A DNA stretch of 62,878 bases, the filler included, from Candidatus Rokuibacteriota bacterium (GTDB lineage Bacteria; JAUVQV01; DATDCY01): NCBI GenBank assembly GCA_031406795.1. It is 7 parts of 7 records of this genome, joined end to end, with 100 filler letters (N's around TTAATTAATTAA, not from the genome) between each part and the next. Parts side by side here need not be neighbours in the genome. Positions count along the whole stretch, not along the records: positions 1 to 24,373 come from JANOHV010000147.1; 6 more parts are not named here. One strand, given 5' to 3'. Made by a program: the position numbers and the translations under genes. Shown here in pieces: positions 1 to 9,113 of the stretch (position 1 is its first letter; the number at the start of each line of letters is the position of its first letter). Under the pieces are notes generated by a model. That model was not told where the DNA came from. It made no database searches and worked only from the letters and a program-made list of their open reading frames with translations.

Positions 1-2
1 GA

Positions 3-299
3 CACACCCTCGACAGCCTGGACTGGGTCGCCGAGCGCTCTTCGCGCAACTACCTGACGTCGGCGCAGATTGCCCGGCGCATCCTCTCCTTCGGGTCGGG
101 CGGGACGGGGCTCAACGGCGGCATTGTCCTGATGCACCTGAGCACCAGCCGCGCGGACCCGGCGGTCATCCGGCTGGGTGAACTCGTCGACGCCCTGCGG
201 GAGAGCGGCTACTCCCTGGTCACCGTCACCGAGCTCCAGCACGATCTCGCGCCGCAGGACGACCCGGTCGCGATCACCGCTGCCGCCGGGGAACGCTGA
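3..299 (+). CDS. Polysaccharide/peptidoglycan deacetylase (NodB family), 3' partial at window edge
   Basis: Frame 3 reads HTLDSLDW...GGIVLMH...LRESGYSLVTVTEL, the NodB C-terminal motifs; stop TGA at 297-299. Confidence 0.8.
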   Translation, partial: HTLDSLDWVAERSSRNYLTSAQIARRILSFGSGGTGLNGGIVLMHLSTSRADPAVIRLGELVDALRESGYSLVTVTELQHDLAPQDDPVAITAAAGER

Positions 300-350
300 G
301 CCGCCCGGTCCGCCGGGGGACCAAATCTGCCGCCGCTCCCGCGCCGCGGG

Positions 351-394
351 TTGACCGCACAGCCGTATCTTGTTAGATTAATGATGGTTTAATC
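351..394 (+). promoter_or_regulatory. Sigma70-type promoter overlapped by a palindromic operator candidate
   Basis: TTGACC (351-356), 17-bp spacer, TGn-TAGATT (374-379); inverted repeat GATTAA-N7-TTAATC at 376-394. Confidence 0.5.
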
Positions 395-478
395 GGGGGA
401 GGAGTGTTTTCGCATGACGGTGCGGCGAGGTCGTACGGCGCGATGATCGCCCGGTTTTCACGCAACCGCGAACAGCGG

Positions 479-1513
479 ATGAAGCGGGAGATCTTCCGCG
501 GGGTCTACGAGGACAACCTGAGCCTGCTCGGGCGCACCTCGCCGCGGGCGTACGTCCGCAGACGCCTGCCCCGGGTCGCCAAGTTCGCGCTCTTCGCGGC
601 GACCCTCGTTCTCGGGATCCTGTTCACGGGCTCCACGCTCTCGCCGGTGTTCTTTCCCGTCCAGCAGATCCAGGCCCGGTTCGTCGCGGAGACGCCGCCT
701 CCAGCCGAGCCCCGGCCGCTGGCCCCGACGCCCGCCCCTGCGGCGACGCCGCAGCCGGGGCTCGACCCCGCGCGCTTCAAGGTCGGGCGCGGGCTGCCGT
801 TGAGCCGCGCGTTCGACCTCGGCGTGAAAACGATCCTGCTCGACCCCGGCCACGGCGGTGAGGACACCGGCGCCATCGGGCGCGGCGGCACGCACGAGAA
901 GGAGATCGCCCTCGACATCGCCCGCCGGCTCAAGCGCCGCCTCGAGTCGCGCACCGACGCCGAGGTGCTGCTGACGCGCGACGCCGACATCACGCTCCCC
1001 CTCGGCGAGCGCGTCGCGATCGCACACGCGAAGCACGCCGACCTGTTCGTCTCGATCCACCTCAACTTCGTGCCGAACAAGCCGATCAACATCATCGAGA
1101 CCTTCTACTTCGGGCCGGGGACCGACGCCGCCTCCCTGGAGCTGGCGCGCCGCGAGAACTCCGGCCAGGGGCCGGGGATGAGCGAGTTGAGCCAGATCAT
1201 CGAGCGTATGGAAACCCAGATGCGCCGCGAGGAGTCGCCGCGTCTCGCCGCCGCGATCCAGAACAGCCTCTACCGCAACAGCCACCGCGCGAATGCGGGC
1301 ATACTCGACTACGGCACCAAGCGCGGCCCCTTCGTCGTGCTCAACCAGGCGGACGTCCCGGCGGTGCTCGCCGAAGTCTCGTGCCTGAGCAACCGCGAGG
1401 AGGAGGAGCGGCTCGGCACGCCGGAGCACCGCGAAGACATCGCCGCCTACCTGGAAACCGGCATACTCGACTATCTGCGCAACGGGGAGACCACGCATGA
1501 GTCCAAAAAATGA
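479..1513 (+). CDS. N-acetylmuramoyl-L-alanine amidase (Amidase_3), membrane anchored
   Basis: LDPGHGGEDTGA, EKEIAL, LFVSIHLN and PAVLAEV Zn-amidase motifs; N-terminal TM segment; start uncertain (404-479). Confidence 0.9.
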   Translation: MKREIFRGVYEDNLSLLGRTSPRAYVRRRLPRVAKFALFAATLVLGILFTGSTLSPVFFPVQQIQARFVAETPPPAEPRPLAPTPAPAATPQPGLDPARFKVGRGLPLSRAFDLGVKTILLDPGHGGEDTGAIGRGGTHEKEIALDIARRLKRRLESRTDAEVLLTRDADITLPLGERVAIAHAKHADLFVSIHLNFVPNKPINIIETFYFGPGTDAASLELARRENSGQGPGMSELSQIIERMETQMRREESPRLAAAIQNSLYRNSHRANAGILDYGTKRGPFVVLNQADVPAVLAEVSCLSNREEEERLGTPEHREDIAAYLETGILDYLRNGETTHESKK

Positions 1514-2510
1514 CGTCCTGTTCGTCGGCATCGACCTCGGCACTTCACGCTCGTCCATCTCCGCCGGCAACGGCCAGCGTCAGTGGATCGAGAGCTACGT
1601 CGGCTGGCCGAAGGACTTCATCGCGGCGCAGGTGGTCGGCAAGCCCGTCGTCTTCGGCAGCGACGTGCTGGAGTACCGGCTCTCCGTCGACGTCTCGCGC
1701 CCGCTGCAGAACGGCATCATCAAGGAGGGGATCAACCGCAATGAGGAGGCGGTCAAGGAGATCATCCGCCACCTGATCGAGCTGGCCGGCCCCTCCGCCG
1801 GCCAGAAGATCCACGCCGTCGTCGGCGTCCCCTCCGACTCGCTGAAGATCAACAAGCTGGCGATCCGCAAGGCGGTCGCCGAGTTCGTCGACTCGCTCGT
1901 CGTGGTCACCGAGCCCTTCGCGGTCGCCTACAGCCTCGGTCTGCTCAACAACGCGCTGGTGATCGACATCGGCGCCGGGACGACCGACCTGTGCATCATG
2001 CACGGGACGCTCCCGGGTGAGGACGACCAGCGCACGCTGCTGCAGGCCGGCGACTACATCGACGACCAGCTCTTCTCCTACCTGCAGGAGCGCTACCCGC
2101 GTTCGACCTTCAACAAGAACATGGTGCGCCTCTGGAAGGAGCAGTACAGCTTCGTCGGCGAGCCGCCCGGGCAGATCATGGTCGAGATGCCGGTCGACGG
2201 CAAGCCGATGCTTCACGACATCACGGCGGACATCAAGCGCGCCTGCGAGAGCATCCTGCCGGCCTTCGTCGAGGCCACCACGCAGATGATCGCCCGCTTC
2301 GACCCGGAGTTCCAGGCCAAGATCCGCAGGAACATCGTGCTCGCCGGCGGGGGCAGCCTGATCGCGGGGATCCGCGAGTACTTCCAGGCGGCGCTCAAGG
2401 AGTACGGCCCGAGCACCGTAACCTGCGTCAACGACCCGCTGTTCGCCGGCTCCGACGGCGCGCTCAAGCTCGCGCAGGAGATGCCCGCGCAATACTGGGA
2501 GAAGCTCTGA
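1497..2510 (+). CDS. MamK-type actin-like ATPase
   Basis: GIDLGTS, DIGAGTTD and LAGGGS actin motifs, plus MamK-like segments VGWPKD, GTLPGEDDQ, KEQYSFVG, VTCVNDP and the C-terminus AQEMPAQYW. Confidence 0.85.
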   Translation: MSPKNDVLFVGIDLGTSRSSISAGNGQRQWIESYVGWPKDFIAAQVVGKPVVFGSDVLEYRLSVDVSRPLQNGIIKEGINRNEEAVKEIIRHLIELAGPSAGQKIHAVVGVPSDSLKINKLAIRKAVAEFVDSLVVVTEPFAVAYSLGLLNNALVIDIGAGTTDLCIMHGTLPGEDDQRTLLQAGDYIDDQLFSYLQERYPRSTFNKNMVRLWKEQYSFVGEPPGQIMVEMPVDGKPMLHDITADIKRACESILPAFVEATTQMIARFDPEFQAKIRRNIVLAGGGSLIAGIREYFQAALKEYGPSTVTCVNDPLFAGSDGALKLAQEMPAQYWEKL

Positions 2511-2974
2511 TGCGGAAAGCCGGGGCGCTCGGCACCGCGGTGTTCCTAGCGCTGGCCCTCGGCGCGTACGGCTGCGGTCTGGTGGATTCGCTGTCCCCGT
2601 TCGGGATCGGCACCCGGGACTACGCGGCGGAGGCTTCGGGCGCGAACCTCAACGGCGTCTGGTCGGGAACGTCCGGGGACGGGGGGACGGTCACCTTTCA
2701 GGTCGGCGACTCCGAAGTGAACGAACTGGTGCTTGTGCACGTGACGGGCGATTGCATCATCAATTTCGATGGCTCGGAGGCCGCGGTCCCCATCGTCGAC
2801 GGGGTGTTCACGATCGAGCGGGGCCTGACGAGCCTGGCACAGGGAAGGATCATCATCACGGGCCGCTTCACCTCATCGAGCACCTGCGTCGGCAATTTCA
2901 CCTACGAAGGGCTCCCGGCGAGTTCCTGCCCGACCAGCGGGGTCGGGTCCTTCCTCGCCGGCAAAGTCTTCTAG
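2510..2974 (+). CDS. Hypothetical lipoprotein, beta-rich
   Basis: Signal peptide ending LGAYGC; TGATG overlap with the upstream gene. Confidence 0.7.
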   Translation: MRKAGALGTAVFLALALGAYGCGLVDSLSPFGIGTRDYAAEASGANLNGVWSGTSGDGGTVTFQVGDSEVNELVLVHVTGDCIINFDGSEAAVPIVDGVFTIERGLTSLAQGRIIITGRFTSSSTCVGNFTYEGLPASSCPTSGVGSFLAGKVF

Positions 2975-3002
2975 CCAGCAGCACCACGCAAAGGGAGCCG
3001 TC

Positions 3003-4016
3003 ATGATCATTGTCCTCAAGCCCGGGGCAACCCAGGCCGAGATCGACCACGTCATCGAGAAGATCCAGGCCGCCGGCTGCAAGCCGCACCTCTCCCGCGG
3101 CGTCGAGCGCACGATCATCGGCGCCATCGGCGACGAGACGGCGCTGCGCAACCTGCCGCTCGAGATCCTCCCCGGGGTCGACCAGGTCCTGCAGATCCAG
3201 AAGCCGTACAAGCTGGTCTCGCGCGAGTTCAAGTCCGAGCCGAGCGTGATCGGCGTCGACGGCGTCCTGCTCGGCGGCAAGCGCCTGCACGTGATGGCCG
3301 GCCCGTGCGCCGTCGAGGGGCGCGAGATGCTGATCGGGATCGCCCGGCAGGTGAAGGCGGCCGGCGCCACCGTGCTGCGCGGCGGCGCCTTCAAGCCGCG
3401 GACCTCGCCCTACGCCTTCCAGGGACTGGAGGCCGAGGGCGTGCGCTACCTGGCCGACGCGCGCGAGGAGACCGGGCTGCTCGTGGCCACCGAGCTGATG
3501 GACCCGCGCGATCTCGAGCTGCTCGACCGCCACGTCGACTTCATCCAGATCGGCGCGCGCAACATGCAGAACTTCCGGCTGCTCAAGGAGTGCGGCAGTA
3601 CGAACAAACCGATCATCCTCAAGCGCGGCCTCTCGGCGACGATCAAGGACCTGCTGCTCTCGGCCGAGTACATCGTCGCGAACGGCAACCCGAACGTCAT
3701 CCTCTGCGAACGCGGCATCCGCACCTTCGAGGACTACACGCGCAACACGCTGGACATCGCCGCGGTGCCGGCGATCAAGTCGCTCTCGCACCTGCCGATC
3801 ATCGTCGACCCGAGCCACGCCGGCGGGCGCCGCGACCTGGTGCGCCCGCTCTCGCTCGCGGCCCTCGCGGCCGGCGCCGACGGGCTGATGATCGAGGTAC
3901 ACCACAACCCCGAGGAAGCCTTCTCCGATGGCCCGCAGAGCCTGCGCCCGGAAGGGTTCGCGGCCCTCATGGACGAACTGCGCCGGCTCGCGACCTTCCT
4001 CGGGAGGGAGCTCTAG
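3003..4016 (+). CDS. aroF: DAHP synthase (type I-beta, N-terminal ACT domain)
   Basis: [27 protein letters not shown] and DPSH motifs. Confidence 0.95.
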   Translation: MIIVLKPGATQAEIDHVIEKIQAAGCKPHLSRGVERTIIGAIGDETALRNLPLEILPGVDQVLQIQKPYKLVSREFKSEPSVIGVDGVLLGGKRLHVMAGPCAVEGREMLIGIARQVKAAGATVLRGGAFKPRTSPYAFQGLEAEGVRYLADAREETGLLVATELMDPRDLELLDRHVDFIQIGARNMQNFRLLKECGSTNKPIILKRGLSATIKDLLLSAEYIVANGNPNVILCERGIRTFEDYTRNTLDIAAVPAIKSLSHLPIIVDPSHAGGRRDLVRPLSLAALAAGADGLMIEVHHNPEEAFSDGPQSLRPEGFAALMDELRRLATFLGREL

Positions 4017-4044
4017 AACGATGTCCTTGTCCCTGGGACTCCGA

Positions 4045-4102
4045 GGTTGTTCAAAAGGGTTCAGATGCAAGGCCCGCCGCAGGTGAGCCCTTTTCAACGA
4101 CC
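4045..4102. repeat. 58-bp internally deleted copy of the ~120-bp intergenic repeat
   Basis: GGTTGTTCAAAAGGGTTCAGATGCAAGGC...GCAGGTGAGCCCTTTTCAACGACC matches both ends of the copies at 6961 and 57191. Confidence 0.7.
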
Positions 4103-4978
4103 GAGGCTCCTCGTCATCATGGGGCTGGGGCTGATGGGCGGGTCCCTCGCCCGCGCCGTCAAGGCGTCCAACCTGCCCTGGCGCGTCCGGGGGGTGGCCC
4201 GCAACCCGCAGACGCGGCGCGCCGCCCTCGCGTCCGGGGCCGTCGACGAAGCCTGCGCCACGGCGGCCGAGGCGGCGCCGGGCGCCGATCTCGTCGTGAT
4301 CGCCCTGCCCGTCCGCGCCGTCCCCGACGCGGCGCGCGAGCTGGCGCCCCACCTGGCCCCGGGAACCGTCGTCACGGACGTCGGCAGCACGAAGGCCGCC
4401 CTCACCCGCGGCGTCGAGGCGGTGCTCCCCCCCGGCGTCCCGTTCGTCGGCGGCCACCCCATCGCGGGCACCGAAGAGTCCGGCTTCACCGCCTCCTTCG
4501 CCGGTCTGTACCGCGGCGCGCGCTGCCTGCTGACTCCGGGCGCCACCTCGACCCCGGAGGCCGTCGCGACCGTCCGCGGTCTCTGGGAAGGGGTGGGCAT
4601 GCGGGTGGACGTCATGGATGCCGCCGCGCACGACCGCATTCTCGCCGTCATCAGCCACCTGCCCCACGTCGTCGCGTACGCGCTGGTCAACGCCGCGGCG
4701 CAGGCCGACGCCGCTCTGCCCGGGCTGCTATCGTACACGGGCGGCGGCTTTCGCGACTTCACGCGGATCGCGGCCTCGCATCCGGCGATGTGGCGCGACA
4801 TCTGCCTCGACAACCGCGAAGAGGTGCTCCGGGCGCTCGACGAGTTCCTCGCCGAGGCCGGCCGCCTGCGCTCGCTGATCGCCGCCGGCGACGATGCGGG
4901 TCTCGAGGAAGCCTTCGCCGCGGCCCGGGTCGTGCGCCGCTCGCTCGCCCCCGCTGCTCCGCCCGCGGAGGCCCGTCC

Positions 4979-4982
<4 letters not shown>
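4083..4982 (+). CDS. tyrA: Prephenate dehydrogenase
   Basis: GLGLMGGS, TDVGSTK, GGHPIAG, SHLPH and FRDFTRIA motifs; start uncertain (4047, 4065 or 4083). Confidence 0.9.
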
Positions 4983-6288
<1,306 letters not shown>

Positions 6289-6292
<4 letters not shown>

Positions 6293-6957
6293 GGCGGCTG
6301 ATCGTCGCGATCGACGGGCCCGCGGCCGCCGGCAAGTCCACCGCCGGCAAGGCCCTCGCGGCGCGGCTGGGCTACCTCTACCTCGACACCGGCGCGCTCT
6401 ACCGCGCGGTCGCCTGGCTCGCCGAGCGCGACGGCCTGCTCGATGCGCCCGGCCCGGCGCTCGGGGCGAAAATCCGGGGCGCCGACATCCGGCTCGAGGG
6501 GGACCCGCAGCGCCCGCGCGTGCTCGTGGAAGGCCGCGACGTGTCCGCCGAGATCCGCACCGAGCGCATCAGCCAGCTCTCGTCGAAGCTCTCCGCGGTC
6601 CCCGAGGTACGCGGGGCGCTGCTGGCCCTGCAGCGGCGGCTCGGCGAGGGCGGCGGCGTCGTGATGGACGGCCGCGACATCGGCACCGTGATCTTTCCCG
6701 ACGCCGACGTGAAGTTCTTCATTTTCGCCTCACCGGTGGCCCGCGCGCGCCGGCGCTACGCCGAACTCTCGGCGAAAGGCGCCGCCGCGGACCCCGAACA
6801 AGTCCTCGTCGAACTGGAGGAGCGCGACCGCCGCGACGCCGGCCGCGAGCACGCGCCGCTGAAGGCCGCCGACGACGCCGTGGCTCTCGACACGACGGAG
6901 CTCGACCCGCAGGCGGTCCTCGCCCGGATGCTCGCGGTGATAGAATCAAGACTGTAA
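6289..6957 (+). CDS. cmk: Cytidylate kinase
   Basis: IAIDGPAAAGKST-type P-loop, DTGALYR and DGRDIGT; ATGA overlap with aroA. Confidence 0.95.
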
Positions 6958-6960
6958 TGA

Positions 6961-7081
6961 AGGCTGATCAAAAAGGTTCGAATGCAAGGCGCGCGACGCT
7001 GCGGATGCTGAGGCGTACTCGTGGTACGCCGCAGGCAGCCGCGAGGAGCGCAACGCAGCAGTCGGGCCTTTTTCAGCGGCC
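6961..7081. repeat. ~120-bp intergenic structured repeat (MITE-like)
   Basis: Imperfect terminal inverted repeats GGCTGATCAAAAAGG / CCTTTTTCAGCGGCC; internal hairpin GGCGTAC-N5-GTACGCC; homologous copies at 57061 and 57191. Confidence 0.8.
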
Positions 7082-7084
7082 GTC

Positions 7085-8128
7085 ATGAAAATCGCCGTCT
7101 TGTACCGGGCGCTCGACCCGCGCTTCAGCGAGAACTTCGCCAGCGAGACCCTCAACCGCGAGGACGAGAGCTATCGCGCCTCGGTCATCGCGGCGCTGCG
7201 CGAAAAGGGGCACGACGCCTTCGGCTTCCAGGTCCGGGAGGACCACCTGCAGGAGCTGCAGCGGCTCGAGTGCGACCTGGCCTTCAACCTGGTCGACGAC
7301 GGGCTGAACAACGACTCGAGTCTCGAGCCGCACCTGCCCGCGATCCTCGACGTCTTCGGCATCCCCTACACCGGGGGCGATTTTCTCTCGCTGGCCATCA
7401 CGCTCGACAAAGCCCGCACCAAGGAGATCCTCGGCTTCCACGGCGTCCCGACGCCGGCGTTCCAGATCTTCGTCGCCGCCGACGACCCGCCGCGCGCCGG
7501 CCTGCGCTGGCCGCTGATCGTCAAGCCGCTGCACGAGGACGCGAGCATCGGCGTCTGCCGCGATTCGGTCGTCGTGGACGAGCCCGCCCTGCGCTGCCGC
7601 GTCGCCGACGTCGTCGAGCGCTACCGCCAGCCGGCGATCGTCGAGGAGTACATCCACGGCCGCGAACTCTCGGTCGGCGTGATCGAGCGCGACGGCGAGC
7701 GCTTCGTGACCCCGATGAACGAGGTGGTCTTCAACCTGCCCCCCGACGCCCCGCGCGTCTACTCCTACACCGGCAAGTGGGACTCGGACTCCGAGGAGTA
7801 CAAGGCGATCATCCCCGATCAGTGCCCGCCCCTCGAACCGCTGCCGGCGGGCGCCGCTGAGGGCATCCGCAGTATCGCGCTCCAGACCTTCGAGATCCTG
7901 CGCCTGCGCGGCTACGCCCGCGTCGACTTCCGCCTGCGCGAGGACGGAACGCTTTTCGTCCTCGAAGTCAATGCCAACCCGTTGATCGGCGAGTACTCGG
8001 TCATGGCGGCGATGGCCGAGCGGATGGGCTGGCCCTTCCCGGAGTTCATCCACGCCATCGCCGTCGAGGCCGAGCGGCAGACACGGAGCAAAAAGCGCCC
8101 GGCAACCCTGCGCACTCAAAGTTGTTGA
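7085..8128 (+). CDS. D-Ala-D-Ala ligase-like ATP-grasp protein
   Basis: IPYTG, DKARTK, PLIVKP, EEYIHGRE, ARVDFR and LEVNANP motifs; atypical N-terminus. Confidence 0.85.
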   Translation: MKIAVLYRALDPRFSENFASETLNREDESYRASVIAALREKGHDAFGFQVREDHLQELQRLECDLAFNLVDDGLNNDSSLEPHLPAILDVFGIPYTGGDFLSLAITLDKARTKEILGFHGVPTPAFQIFVAADDPPRAGLRWPLIVKPLHEDASIGVCRDSVVVDEPALRCRVADVVERYRQPAIVEEYIHGRELSVGVIERDGERFVTPMNEVVFNLPPDAPRVYSYTGKWDSDSEEYKAIIPDQCPPLEPLPAGAAEGIRSIALQTFEILRLRGYARVDFRLREDGTLFVLEVNANPLIGEYSVMAAMAERMGWPFPEFIHAIAVEAERQTRSKKRPATLRTQSC

Positions 8129-8162
8129 TCTTTCCCGAAAAACGCGTATGATTTAACAGCTT

Positions 8163-9113
8163 ATGCCAGAGGTGCAGACCCTGTCCGCCCGGAACGTCGA
8201 AATCGCCCGCCACGCGGGCTTCTGTTTTGGCGTCAAACGGGCGATCCGCATGGTCGAAGGCGCCCTCGCGGCCGGCTCCGGCCCGGTGACGTCGCTTGGC
8301 CCGGTGATCCACAACCCCCAGGTCGTCCGCTCGCTCGAAGATCAGGGCCTGTTGCGGGCGTCGAGCCCCGCGGAGGTCGCCGGCGGCGTCGTCGTGGTGC
8401 GCTCCCACGGCGCGCCCCCGCACGTGCACGCCGAGCTGCAGGAACGCGGGCTCGCGGTGGTGGACGCCACCTGCCCCTTCGTCAAGAAGATGCATCGCCA
8501 GGCGCGCCGGCTCTTCAAGATGGGCTACCGCGTCGTCATCGTCGGGGACCGCAACCACTCGGAGATCACGAGCCTGACCGAGGACCCCGCGTTCGAGTGC
8601 CTCGTCGCCGCCGGCCCCGCCGACCTCGAGGGGGTGAAGATCTCGGGTCGCATCGGGCTTGCGGCGCAGACCACGCAGACGCTGGAGAACTTCCAGGCCG
8701 TCGCCGACTACCTGCTGCCGAAGGCGCTCGAGCTGCGGATCTTCAACACGATCTGCGACTCGACGGCCACGCGCCAGGCCGAGGCGCGCGATCTGGCCCG
8801 GCGCTCCGGGGTCATGGTCGTGATCGGCGGCCGCAACAGCGCCAACACCCGCCGCCTCGCCGAGATCTGCAAGGAGACGGGCACGCGCACGATCTGGGTC
8901 GAGACCGCGGACGAACTCTCCCCGGAGCTGCTCGGCGACGCCGAGCGCATCGGCCTGACCGCGGGCGCCTCGACCCCGCAGTGGATCATCACGGATGTTA
9001 TCCGGCGACTGCAGTCCCTCCCTCCGGGGGGAACAGCCGCCGGGACACACCTCCCGCACCGGGAGGAATCTCACACAACAGGAGGTAGTACCGAGCATGT
9101 CCGACGCAACTGA
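8163..9113 (+). CDS. ispH: 4-hydroxy-3-methylbut-2-enyl diphosphate reductase
   Basis: AGFCFGV, HNPQV, DATCP, AQTT, TICDST and TAGASTP motifs. Confidence 0.95.
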   Translation: MPEVQTLSARNVEIARHAGFCFGVKRAIRMVEGALAAGSGPVTSLGPVIHNPQVVRSLEDQGLLRASSPAEVAGGVVVVRSHGAPPHVHAELQERGLAVVDATCPFVKKMHRQARRLFKMGYRVVIVGDRNHSEITSLTEDPAFECLVAAGPADLEGVKISGRIGLAAQTTQTLENFQAVADYLLPKALELRIFNTICDSTATRQAEARDLARRSGVMVVIGGRNSANTRRLAEICKETGTRTIWVETADELSPELLGDAERIGLTAGASTPQWIITDVIRRLQSLPPGGTAAGTHLPHREESHTTGGSTEHVRRN

